Below are positions 19,193-29,938 of a stretch of 64,000 nt of DNA, one piece after another. The stretch's first letter is position 1, and each line of letters opens with the position of its first letter. Below the pieces are notes generated by a model, which did no database searches, was not told the DNA's origin, and saw nothing but the letters and a program-made list of their open reading frames with translations. Position numbers and translations under genes: made by a program. The DNA comes from Tepidiformaceae bacterium (lineage in GTDB: Bacteria; Chloroflexota; Dehalococcoidia; Tepidiformales; Tepidiformaceae): assembly GCA_965221735.1 (NCBI GenBank), contig OZ244910.1, positions 1,753,760 through 1,817,759 on the forward strand, written 5' to 3'.

Positions 19193-20722
19193 ATGCCGGC
19201 GATCATTGCCGTTATCGCCGGCCTCGTGGGCATTCTGATCGGGATCGGCGTGGGCTACGTCCTGCGCCGCCGCTCTGCGCAGCACTCATTGCAGCAGGCG
19301 GAGGAGGACGCCCGGCAGATACTCTCTGAGGCCGAAACCAAGAGCCGCGAGCTTGAGCTGGAGACGAAGGAGGAGGCGCTCAAGCTCCGAAACGAAGCAG
19401 AAGCCGATATCCGCGAGTGGCGTTCGGAACTCTCGCGGACGGAAAACCGCCTCTCCCAGCGCGAGGAGAACCTCGACCGCAAGGCCGAGAGCATCGATTC
19501 GCGGGAAATCGCCCTGCAGGACCGCTCGGAGGCGCTGCGCGCTTCCGAGGAAGCGATCGCCGAACTGCGTGCCGAACAGGAGCGCGCCATCGAGCGAGCC
19601 AGCGGGCTGAGCCGCGAGGAGGCGCGCGAGCAGTTGCTCGCTGCCGTGGACGACGAGATCCGCGACGAGGCCGGACGGCGCGTGCGCGAGATGGAGCGGG
19701 AGGCGGAGCAGACCGCGGCGGCGCGCGCCCGCGACGTCATCGCGACGGCTATCCAGCGGTACGCCGGCGAGGTGACCGCGGAGACGACCGTCTCCGTCGT
19801 GCCAATCGGCAGCGATGACATGAAGGGGCGCATCATCGGGCGCGAGGGGCGCAACATCCGCGCCATCGAAGCCGCCACGGGCGTCGACCTGATCATCGAC
19901 GACACGCCCGACGCGGTGACTGTTAGCTCCTTCGATCCGGTTCGGCGCGAGGTGGCGCGGGTAGCGCTGGCCGGCCTCGTCCAGGACGGGCGCATCCACC
20001 CGACGCGCATCGAGGAGGCGGTCTCGAAAGCGCAGAGCAACGTCGACACGACGATGGCGGAATCCGCGGAGGCGGCGGCGGCAGAGGCCGACGTGCTCAA
20101 CCTCCACCCCGAGGTGATGAAGATCTTCGGGCGGCTGCGGTACCGCACGAGCTACGGCCAGAACGTGATGCGCCACTCCGTGGAGACGGCGCACATCGCC
20201 GCGATGATCGCGCGGGAGGTGGGCGCGGACGAGGACATCGCCCGTGCGGGCGGCTTCCTGCACGACCTCGGCAAGGCCGTCGACCACGAGGTCGAGGGGA
20301 CGCACGCGTTGATCGGGGCCGACATCGCGCGGCGCTACCGCGTACGCGAGGAGGTCGCGCACTGCATCGAGGCGCACCACGAGGAGGTCGAGCTCGGCAC
20401 CGTGGAGGCGGTGATCGTGCAGATGGCGGACGCCATCAGCGGCGGGCGCCCCGGCGCGCGGCGCGAGTCGCTCGACAGCTACGTGAAGCGGCTCGAGACG
20501 CTGGAGCAGATCGCGAAGGACCGGAAGGGCGTGGAGCAGGCGTTCGCCATCCAGGCGGGACGCGAGCTCCGCATCGTGGTCAGCCCCGAGCAGGTCGACG
20601 ACCTCGAGTCGATGCGGATCGCGCGGGACGTGAGCCAGAAGATCGAGGAGAGCGTCGACTATCCGGGACAGATCAAGGTGACCGTCGTGCGGGAGACGCG
20701 CGCGACCGAGTACGCGCGCTAG
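19193..20722 (+). CDS. rny: Ribonuclease Y
   Basis: N-terminal TM (MPAIIAVIAGLVGILIGIGVGYVL), coiled coil, KH domain (MKGRIIGREGRNIRAIE), HD domain (HSVETAHIAAMIA...FLHDLGK). Confidence 0.92.
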   Translation: MPAIIAVIAGLVGILIGIGVGYVLRRRSAQHSLQQAEEDARQILSEAETKSRELELETKEEALKLRNEAEADIREWRSELSRTENRLSQREENLDRKAESIDSREIALQDRSEALRASEEAIAELRAEQERAIERASGLSREEAREQLLAAVDDEIRDEAGRRVREMEREAEQTAAARARDVIATAIQRYAGEVTAETTVSVVPIGSDDMKGRIIGREGRNIRAIEAATGVDLIIDDTPDAVTVSSFDPVRREVARVALAGLVQDGRIHPTRIEEAVSKAQSNVDTTMAESAEAAAAEADVLNLHPEVMKIFGRLRYRTSYGQNVMRHSVETAHIAAMIAREVGADEDIARAGGFLHDLGKAVDHEVEGTHALIGADIARRYRVREEVAHCIEAHHEEVELGTVEAVIVQMADAISGGRPGARRESLDSYVKRLETLEQIAKDRKGVEQAFAIQAGRELRIVVSPEQVDDLESMRIARDVSQKIEESVDYPGQIKVTVVRETRATEYAR

Positions 20723-20730
20723 GCGACGAC

Positions 20731-21594
20731 GTGGCGATCGGCGACTTCCACCTGCACAGCACCGCCTCCGACGGCGTACGCAGCCCTACGTGGGTGATGG
20801 AGACGGCGGCCGCGAACGGGGTGCGCACGCTGGCGCTGACCGACCACGACACGACCGAGGGGCTCCCTGAGGCGCGAGCGGCCGCGGAGGCGGGGGGGCT
20901 GCGCCTCATCTCGGGCATCGAGCTGAGCGTCGACCTCGACGGGGCGGATGCGCACCTGCTCGGGTTCGGCTTCGACACCAGGCACGCGCCGCTGCAGGCG
21001 TACCTGAGCGAGCAGCGCGAAGGCCGCGTGGGGCGGATGAAGCGGATGGTGCGCGTGCTCGGGGAACACGGCGTGACGATCGATGTGGAGCGCGTGCAGG
21101 CGATCGCCGGTGATGCCAGCGTGGGGCGGCCGCACGTCGCGCGTGCGCTCGTCGAAGCGGGATACGTCGAGAGCGTTGCGGAAGCGTTCGGTACGTGGCT
21201 TGGGGACGGCAAGCCGGCGCACATCACGCGCGACCGGTTGACCCCGGCGGAAGCGATCGCGCTGCTGCACGAGGCCGGCGGGGTGGCTTTCATCGCACAC
21301 CCCATCTACCTCGGGGACGACTACGAAGCGAAGGTGCGCGACCTCGCCGGGATGGGGCTCGACGGCCTGGAGACGTACTACAAGTTCTACGACGCCGAGA
21401 CCGTGGCGGCGCACGAGGCGCTCTCGGCGAAGCTCGGGCTGGCCCGCTCGGGCGGGAGCGATTACCACAGTCTGGGCAACGCCAACGACCGCGAGATCGG
21501 CGACATCCCCTTCGAGGACAGCGCCGTCGCGGAGTTCGTGGCCTTCCTCGAGGAGCGCGCGGTCCCCGGACTGGCGCAGGCGGGAGCATTCTGA
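20731..21594 (+). CDS. PHP-domain metal-dependent phosphoesterase (TrpH/YciV-like)
   Basis: GDFHLHSTASDG, LALTDHDT, AHP, GGSDYHS motifs. GTG start. Confidence 0.8.
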   Translation: MAIGDFHLHSTASDGVRSPTWVMETAAANGVRTLALTDHDTTEGLPEARAAAEAGGLRLISGIELSVDLDGADAHLLGFGFDTRHAPLQAYLSEQREGRVGRMKRMVRVLGEHGVTIDVERVQAIAGDASVGRPHVARALVEAGYVESVAEAFGTWLGDGKPAHITRDRLTPAEAIALLHEAGGVAFIAHPIYLGDDYEAKVRDLAGMGLDGLETYYKFYDAETVAAHEALSAKLGLARSGGSDYHSLGNANDREIGDIPFEDSAVAEFVAFLEERAVPGLAQAGAF

Positions 21595-22043
21595 TGGACG
21601 TGAACCTGGGCGCGGACGAGATCGAGCGGATCATCCCGCACCGCTATCCGATGCTGCTGGTCGACCGGATGGTCGAGATCGAGGACGGAGCGCGCGGGGT
21701 CGGCATCAAGAACGTGACGGCGAACGAGTGGTTCTTCGAGGGGCACTTCCCCGGGAACCGGGTGATGCCGGGCGTGCTGATCGTGGAGGCGCTGGCGCAG
21801 GTGGCGGCGATCACGCTGCTGCGGGACGTGGACCAGGCGGGGAAGATCCCGATGTTCGGGGGCATCGAGAAGATGCGCTTTCGGCGTCCGGTGACGCCGG
21901 GGGATCAGTTGCGGCTGGAGTTCACGCTGGAGCGGATGCGGGGGCCGGTGGGACGCGGGGCGGTGGAGGCGAGCGTCGACGGGCAGGTGATGGCGGACGG
22001 CACCATCTCGTTCGCGCTGGTGGAGAACCCGACCGGCCAGTAG
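21594..22043 (+). CDS. fabZ: 3-hydroxyacyl-ACP dehydratase FabZ
   Basis: IIPHRYPMLLVDR...FFEGHFPGNRVMPGVLIVEALAQ. Confidence 0.9.
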   Translation: MDVNLGADEIERIIPHRYPMLLVDRMVEIEDGARGVGIKNVTANEWFFEGHFPGNRVMPGVLIVEALAQVAAITLLRDVDQAGKIPMFGGIEKMRFRRPVTPGDQLRLEFTLERMRGPVGRGAVEASVDGQVMADGTISFALVENPTGQ

Positions 22044-22097
22044 CGGCGGCGGAGCCCTCGCAACCCGTTACCGGAGGCTTCGGGGGCGTCTGCTAGC

Positions 22098-22589
22098 ATG
22101 GCTTTGATGCCCGAAACGGTGGAATGCGCCCGCCATGCCGGTGTCGAGACCGCCCTGCGCTGCAGCCGCTGCGAAGCCCCGATCTGTCCGTCCTGCCTGA
22201 TCCAGTCGCCCGTGGGGGCGCGCTGCCCGGACTGCGCGCGCGTCGTTCGCGCGCCCATGTACGTGCTCTCCGGTCAGACCATGTTGCGGGCGGGGGTGGC
22301 GTCGGTGGTGGGCGGGGTGGTGATGGGGCTGCTGTGGCGGCTGATCCTGCTGCCGTTCACGCGAGGGTTCTTCGCACTGCTGGTGGGGGTGGCGCTGGGG
22401 TACGCGTTCACGCGGCTGCTGGAGTTCGCGACGGGCGGGAAGCGGGGGCCGGGGATGGTGGGGTTCGCGATCGGCGGGATCGTGCTGGCGTGGGCGGTGC
22501 TGGTGGTGCTGGGGGGAACGGCGTTCGCGCTGTGGGGGCTGGTGGCGGCGGGGATCGGGGTGTGGTTCGCGTACCAGAATCTGCGCTAG
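22098..22589 (+). CDS. Membrane protein with an N-terminal Cys-rich zinc-ribbon/B-box-like domain
   Basis: CARHAGVETALRCSRCEAPICPSCLIQSPVGARCPDC followed by about 4 TM helices. Confidence 0.6.
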   Translation: MALMPETVECARHAGVETALRCSRCEAPICPSCLIQSPVGARCPDCARVVRAPMYVLSGQTMLRAGVASVVGGVVMGLLWRLILLPFTRGFFALLVGVALGYAFTRLLEFATGGKRGPGMVGFAIGGIVLAWAVLVVLGGTAFALWGLVAAGIGVWFAYQNLR

Positions 22590-22645
22590 GGACTGCGCGG
22601 CAAAGGCGGGACCACCGGCGGGGCCGCTCGCCTACAATCCGAAGC

Positions 22646-22948
22646 ATGTCCGAGGCGGTCACCAGCGCCAGCGAGCCACGCATGACGCCGCCGGTGGTCG
22701 CGACCGTGGCGTTTGCCGTGGGCGCCCTCCGTGCGGTCGTCGCCGCCCTGCTCCTGATGGTTATCCCCTGGACGACGGTGGGCACTTTCGCGGTGGTACT
22801 CGGGGCGACGTCGCTCGGGGTGGCGCTGCCACGCCTGGTCGAGCGGATCTCGGGCCGGAAGCATGACCCATTCATCCTGGCCTTCTACGGGACCGGGCTT
22901 CTCAAGGCCGGGGTCGTGACGATCGTGGTGTACTTGCTGCTCCAGTAG
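22646..22948 (+). CDS. Small hypothetical membrane protein
   Basis: 100 aa with 3 hydrophobic segments. TACAAT (22633-22638) lies 7 nt before the ATG. Confidence 0.45.
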   Translation: MSEAVTSASEPRMTPPVVATVAFAVGALRAVVAALLLMVIPWTTVGTFAVVLGATSLGVALPRLVERISGRKHDPFILAFYGTGLLKAGVVTIVVYLLLQ

Positions 22949-22967
22949 GGGCAGTCCGAACGGCCGC

Positions 22968-23210
22968 TCAGGCGATGGCGGCAGCCACCAGCACGAAGGC
23001 GAGCGTAATCACGCTAACGACGGCGACGGCGACGAGGTCGCGGCGGACGTAGCGGTAGTCGGTGGCGACGTGGTGCTCGCGGGGCGTCTGGTCGGGAATG
23101 CGGGCCGCGGCCTCGGCGGTGGGCTGGGGCGCGGGGGTCGCGCCGGGACGCGGGAGGGTCGAGGCGCGCTCGCGACGGCGGCGCTGGCGTCGGGGTCGGC
23201 GGGAGCTCAT
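22968..23210 (-). CDS. Possible small tail-anchored protein with an Arg-rich N-terminus
   Basis: 80 aa: MSSRRPRRQRRRRERAST...DLVAVAVVSVITLAFVLVAAAIA. Only the terminal part of the long antisense ORF 22968..25004 lies outside acs. Confidence 0.35.
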   Translation of the reverse strand: MSSRRPRRQRRRRERASTLPRPGATPAPQPTAEAAARIPDQTPREHHVATDYRYVRRDLVAVAVVSVITLAFVLVAAAIA

Positions 23211-23321
23211 CGACGGCGATCGTACCGCGAGGCCCGGTGGCGCGATAGCCGGGGCCGTATCGGTAGAATCCCGCGCACGGACTGAAACGCGGGGCGCCGG
23301 CGAGCGCGCAGGAGGCCAGAC

Positions 23322-25288
<1,967 letters not shown>

Positions 25289-25292
<4 letters not shown>

Positions 25293-25660
25293 GGGGCGTC
25301 CGGGTTCAGCGGCAGGCGGAGCTGGTCGCGCTCCGGGGCGCTGCCGGCGAGCAGCAGCTCGACGGCGGCGACCGCGGCCTCGCGCTGGTCGCGCGCTTCG
25401 GCACGGTCGAGGAGGAGCGGCGCCAGCGCCTCGATGGCGCGGGCGAGCTCGGGGTCCTCGGCGCAGAGGCGCTCGTGCGCCTCGGCGGCGCTGAGGCCCT
25501 CGGCCCAGTAGCGGCGCACGGCCGCGGCCACGAACGCTCCGCCCAGGACATCAACGCAGTCGCCCGCCTCGTAGCCGGCTTCGACCAGCGCGCGCTGGAC
25601 GATCTCGATGGCTTCGTTGCGGTCGCGGCCGCGCAGGTCGAGGCGGCGGTCCTCGGTCAT
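25289..25660 (-). CDS. Hypothetical protein translationally coupled to ligD
   Basis: 123 aa (MTEDRRLDLRGRDRNEAIEIVQRALVEAGYEAGD...). The ATG overlaps the ligD TGA. No family recognised. Confidence 0.45.
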
Positions 25661-28377
25661 GCGTCGATCCCGAGAAGGGCGGTCAGGTCCTGCTTGGCGT
25701 CGAGGATGCCGGCCCAGAGGTCGCCGGTTTCGGCGAAGCGGTCGGGGGCGGTGAGCACGGTGAAGTCGGTCGGGTAGAGGTCGTCGAGCTCGTCCCAGCG
25801 GACGGGGACGGATACGGGGGCGCCGGGCCTGGCGCGGGGCGAGAAGACGGCGGCGACGTTCTTGGAGCGGGCGTTCTGGTTCACGTCGAGGAAGATCTTG
25901 CCGGTGCGTTTCTCCGAGGCCCACTCCAGGGTGACGTCGCGGGGCATGCGGGCAAGCAGCTCGCCGCTGACGGTCTCGCAGAGGGAGCGGATGACGGGGT
26001 AGGGGAACTGGCGGAGCACGGGGACGTAGATGTGCAGGCCGGTCGCGCCCGATGTCTTCACGTAGGAGGGGAGAGCGGCGGCATCGAGGATCTCCTTGAA
26101 GGCGCGGGCCACCTCGACCGTCTTGGCGAAGGCCTTGCGGTTGAGCTGGGGTTCCTCGCCGGCCGCCTCGTCGCCCCGGTAGATGTAGGGGTCGAGGTCG
26201 AAGAGGAGGAAGTCCGGGTAGTTGAGGACGGACGCCTCGACGTTGTCGCGGGAGGCGGTGAAGTCACGCGGGAGGCCGTGCGCGTCGGGCCCGGGGGAGA
26301 CGCGGGCCATGGTCGCGTGGAACTCGAGGTTGGCGAGCTGCCCAAGCCAGAGCAGGGTCGGGAGGTTGTTGCAGAGGAGGAAGTCGCGGTCGCCGCTCGC
26401 GCCCTCGGAGTGGACGGGCACGGTCTCGACGAATTCGGGGGGCGGCCCTTCGGAGTGCTTCTGGTAGAAGTGCAGGTCGCCGATGCCGTTGGGGTAGCGG
26501 GTGAGGGTGATGAGGCGGTCGCGGAGGTGGGGCAGCATCATCGGGGCGACGGTAGCGAGGTAGCGCAGCAGGTCGCGCTTGGTGACGGCGCGCTGGGCGC
26601 CGTGCTCGGGCCAGAGCGCTTTTTCGAGATTCGTGACGGGTATCTCGTGGCCATCGACATTGAGGCGTAGCTCCTCGTGACTGTCGTCCAGCTGGGCGAG
26701 CACCGAGGCAACCTGGCTCGCAGGCGACGGGGCGATGGGAGGCGCAGGGGCAGGGGAGGGCTGCGTCACGAGGAAGACGGCGTCCTCGGGGGCGACGTCG
26801 GGGCGGAGGCGCTTGAAGACGGGAGCGCGCAGGAGGCCCTGCGACGTCACCTCCGTGTACTCGACCTCGACGACGAGCTCGGGGCGGACGAAGGTCGCGC
26901 CCTGGGCCTCGGGCGGGGTTTCGGGGAAGGGGGAGGCGTCGGTGGCGAGGGAGTCGAGTTGCGCGCGGAGGTCGACGAGCATGGCGTCGGTGAAGCCACC
27001 GCCGGCGCGGCCCCGGTAGGTCAGGGCGCCGTCTTCCTCGAGGGCAGCGAGCAGGAGGGCTCCGAACGTCGGCTCGCGGAGGCCCTCGCCGGGGGTGAAG
27101 CCGGCGACGACGAACTCGGCGGTCTGGCGCGCCTTGATCTTGGCCCAGGAGTCGGAGCGCTTGCCGGGCAGGTAGCGGCTGCCCCGGCGCTTGGCGACGA
27201 CGCCCTCCAGGCCAAGCGCGACGGCTCCCTCGTAGGCCTCTGTGCCCTCGGCCTGGAAGTGCTCGACAAGGGCGACGGGACCGACCGGCATGAGGACGCG
27301 AGCGAGCGCTTCCTTGCGCTCTTCGAGGATGACGCCGGTGAGGTCGAAGCCGTCGAGGTGGAGCAGGTCGAAGGCCATGTAGGTCACGGGCACGCGCGCC
27401 TCGGCGGAGGCGATGTCGATCTCGCCGGCGAGGTTCATGCGCTGCTGGAGGAGTTCGAAGGAGGGGACGCCACGCTCATCGAAGGCGCAGATCTCGCCAT
27501 CGAAGACAGCCTCGGCGACGGGCTGGGCGGCGAGGGCGGCGACAAGGCCGGGGTAGGTGGCGGTGAGGTCGGTGCCGCGACGGGAGTAGAGGCGCGCCTC
27601 GCCCCCGGAGACGTGAGCGACGGCGCGGATGCCGTCGAGCTTGGGCTCGAAGAGCCAGTCGGGATGGGAAAAGGGGTCGCGGACGCTCGCCATCATCGGG
27701 GGGAGGGTGTCGGGGAAGGGCGCGGCGCTCGAGCCGTTGAGGGCGTCGGGGGTGTAGTCGGAGGGCGCCTTGCGGTGGCGGGGGAGGCGGCCGTCGCGGA
27801 TGTCGTCGAGCGAGAGACCGGAGACGACGGAGCGGTCGAGGGCGGTGAGGTCGGCGTCGGAATCGGCGAGGGGGTCGTCGTGCTTGAGCAGGAGCCAGTC
27901 GGTCGAAGTCTTGACCAGCGACCAGGAGCCTTTCAGCTTGCGGCCGCGCATCTGGACCGAGATCTTGCCGGCTGCGATGGCGGCCTCCATCGCGGTCTCG
28001 GCCTCCTCGCGGGAGGAGAAGTCGTAGACGCGCTCGTGTTCGGGGGCGTAGGTGCCGGCGTCCCAGACGATGACCTGGCCGGCGCCGTATTGCCCCTTCG
28101 GGATGACGCCCTCGAAGGCGGAGTAGGCGATGGGGTGGTCCTCGGTCATGACGGCGTGGCGGCGGACGGCGGGGTCGGTGGAGGGGCCGCGGGGCACGGC
28201 CCAGGACTTCATCACGCCGCCGACCTCAAGGCGAACGTCGTAGTGGAGGCGGGTGGCGTCGTGCTTCTGGACGACGAAGGTGAGCGGTCCAGCGCGCCCC
28301 TCGGGGACGGCGTCGGGGGGCTCGGGGGTGGCCGCGAAGTCGCGCTTCTCGCGGTATTGGTCGAGGGGCTCGGTCAT
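25657..28377 (-). CDS. ligD: Multidomain ATP-dependent DNA ligase D (phosphoesterase, ligase, polymerase/primase)
   Basis: 906 aa. N-terminal PE domain (FVVQKHDATRLHYDVRLE), central ligase (EPKLDGIRAV), C-terminal LigD polymerase domain. Confidence 0.92.
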   Translation of the reverse strand: MTEPLDQYREKRDFAATPEPPDAVPEGRAGPLTFVVQKHDATRLHYDVRLEVGGVMKSWAVPRGPSTDPAVRRHAVMTEDHPIAYSAFEGVIPKGQYGAGQVIVWDAGTYAPEHERVYDFSSREEAETAMEAAIAAGKISVQMRGRKLKGSWSLVKTSTDWLLLKHDDPLADSDADLTALDRSVVSGLSLDDIRDGRLPRHRKAPSDYTPDALNGSSAAPFPDTLPPMMASVRDPFSHPDWLFEPKLDGIRAVAHVSGGEARLYSRRGTDLTATYPGLVAALAAQPVAEAVFDGEICAFDERGVPSFELLQQRMNLAGEIDIASAEARVPVTYMAFDLLHLDGFDLTGVILEERKEALARVLMPVGPVALVEHFQAEGTEAYEGAVALGLEGVVAKRRGSRYLPGKRSDSWAKIKARQTAEFVVAGFTPGEGLREPTFGALLLAALEEDGALTYRGRAGGGFTDAMLVDLRAQLDSLATDASPFPETPPEAQGATFVRPELVVEVEYTEVTSQGLLRAPVFKRLRPDVAPEDAVFLVTQPSPAPAPPIAPSPASQVASVLAQLDDSHEELRLNVDGHEIPVTNLEKALWPEHGAQRAVTKRDLLRYLATVAPMMLPHLRDRLITLTRYPNGIGDLHFYQKHSEGPPPEFVETVPVHSEGASGDRDFLLCNNLPTLLWLGQLANLEFHATMARVSPGPDAHGLPRDFTASRDNVEASVLNYPDFLLFDLDPYIYRGDEAAGEEPQLNRKAFAKTVEVARAFKEILDAAALPSYVKTSGATGLHIYVPVLRQFPYPVIRSLCETVSGELLARMPRDVTLEWASEKRTGKIFLDVNQNARSKNVAAVFSPRARPGAPVSVPVRWDELDDLYPTDFTVLTAPDRFAETGDLWAGILDAKQDLTALLGIDA

Positions 28378-28508
28378 GACGCGCTCCGGCGCCGAGAAGC
28401 CACTAGGGCGGCGGGGCAGGCGACAGCGAGTGCATTCACGGTGCGATTATCGGGCATAGGGGGCGGGGTCACGACGCAACCGCTGCTGAACCGAGTAGTC
28501 GAGCCGGT

Positions 28509-28718
28509 TCACGAAGTGAGGTACACCGCCAGCACAAAGATCCCGAACAGGCCAACCAGCACAAGCACCACGAACCCGGCGAAGCTCAATGCCCGAGCCC
28601 GACCCAGCCTCCTCTGGATGCGAAGGGTTTCCTGGCAGGAACCGCAGATGGCCTCAGCGTCCATGGCCTTCGGCCCCCCGCATTTGGAACACTCGCCGTA
28701 AACCCGTGGACTACTCAT
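28509..28718 (-). CDS. Small zinc-ribbon protein with a C-terminal TM helix, between ku and ligD
   Basis: 69 aa. CSKCGG...CGSC, then FAGFVVLVLVGLFGIFVLAVYL. Confidence 0.5.
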   Translation of the reverse strand: MSSPRVYGECSKCGGPKAMDAEAICGSCQETLRIQRRLGRARALSFAGFVVLVLVGLFGIFVLAVYLTS

Positions 28719-28758
28719 GCCCGTGCTCCCCGACAGGACGCTTCCCTGACCGCCGCCC

Positions 28759-29592
28759 CTAGTCGGCGGCGACGGCGGCCTTCTCGGCTGCGGTCGCGCC
28801 GTTGTCGCCGGTGGCCTCGCCCTCCTTGCGGGCCCTGGCGGCCTCGACGCTCGCGCGGAGGGCGGCCATCAGGTCGACGGCGGGCTGCGGCGCGGCGGCC
28901 TCGGGGGTCGCGACCTCCTGGCCCTCCAGCTTGGCCTCAATGATGGTCATCAGGGCTTCGCGGTACTGGTCCTTGTACTTCTCCGGGTCGAAGGGCTCCT
29001 CGAGCATCTCGATGAGGGCGCGGGCCATCTCCATCTCCTCCTCGGAGACCTCGTCGACGGCGGCGGCCTCACCGGGGTCGCGGATCTCGTCGGGGTAGAA
29101 GAGGGTCTCGAGGATGAGCTGGTCGCCGCGGGCGCGGAGGGCGCAGAGGCGCTCCTTCGTGCGGATGGCGACCTTGGCGATGGCGATGAGCCCCTTCGCC
29201 TGCATCGCGCGAATGAGGAGGGAGTAGGGCTTGATGCCGGCGTCGTCCGGGGCGAGGTAGTAGGACTTCTCGTAGTGAACCGGGTCGATCTCGGCCTCCT
29301 CGACGAAGGCGGTGAGCTCGATGGTGTGCTTGGTGGGGAGGGGGAGCTTCTCCAGGTCCTCGTCGTCGAGGACGACGTAGCGGTCCTTGGCGTACTCGTA
29401 GCCCTTTACGATCTCGTCGTAGGGCACTTCCTGCTCCTCGACGGGATCCCAGCGGAGCATGCGGACACGGGTGTTGGTATCGCGCCGGAGCTGGCGGAAG
29501 CCGATGTCCTTGCTCTCGGTGGCGGGGAAGAGGCGGATGGGGATGCTCACCATGCCGAAGCTGATGACACCCTTCCAGATCGCTCGGGGCAT
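28759..29592 (-). CDS. ku: Ku DNA end-binding protein
   Basis: MPRAIWKGVISFGMVSIPIRLFPAT... The start is taken at the internal ATG of ORF 28759..29673. Confidence 0.92.
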   Translation of the reverse strand: MPRAIWKGVISFGMVSIPIRLFPATESKDIGFRQLRRDTNTRVRMLRWDPVEEQEVPYDEIVKGYEYAKDRYVVLDDEDLEKLPLPTKHTIELTAFVEEAEIDPVHYEKSYYLAPDDAGIKPYSLLIRAMQAKGLIAIAKVAIRTKERLCALRARGDQLILETLFYPDEIRDPGEAAAVDEVSEEEMEMARALIEMLEEPFDPEKYKDQYREALMTIIEAKLEGQEVATPEAAAPQPAVDLMAALRASVEAARARKEGEATGDNGATAAEKAAVAAD

Positions 29593-29724
29593 GACGCGCC
29601 TCCGGATAGCGCCAACGTATGTTGGCGGCACCCATGAGTGTACGACCAGCGGCACGGCTGCGTCAGGTCGCACACAGGGGGAGCCGGGCAGGGGTGCTAA
29701 ACTGTAAAGGCCGAGTTCCCGCGG

Positions 29725-29845
29725 ATCCGTCGATTCGCCGGGGAGCGGGGGAACCCTTTGTTGGGGTGAATTGCGCGAGAGCGCATAGGCGATCTCCGAC
29801 GCCGAACCCGTCAGCTAACCCCGCAGGCGTTCGGAGGCTCGCGAT
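29725..29845 (+). promoter_or_regulatory. ydaO/yuaA-class (c-di-AMP) riboswitch, boundaries approximate
   Basis: The + strand carries the three conserved blocks of the class: AGCGGGGGAACCC (29744-29756), UUGGGGUGAAUU (29761-29772) and CCGAACCCGUCAGCUAACCCCGCAGGCGUUCGG (29802-29834). Flanking pairing: CGUCG 29729-29733 with CGACG 29796-29800. It lies 94 nt upstream of the KamA-family ATG. Confidence 0.75.
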
Positions 29846-29938
29846 TACGCGACCAGCCTCCCAGCCGGGCGGTTTCGAACAGAGACCGCCACTTCCGCCA
29901 ACACGGCGGGTATACAGTAGCCAGAGGAGGCATCCCTT

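Noticed and set aside
23264-23269. TAGAAT hexamer upstream of acs (also at 6862-6867, both in the context TCGGTAGAAT).
   Set aside because: No acceptable -35 hexamer at 16-18 nt in either case, so it was left out of the feature list.
28482-28504. GAACCG-N11-CGGTTC inverted repeat upstream of ligD, considered as an SOS box.
   Set aside because: The spacing (GAAC-N15-GTTC) does not fit a Cheo box. It is more likely a small hairpin after the Zn-ribbon gene.
29898-29912. ACACGGCGGGUA, resembling part of the ykkC/guanidine-I core.
   Set aside because: It is an isolated short match inside the expression platform of the ydaO-class element, and the rest of the ykkC consensus is absent.
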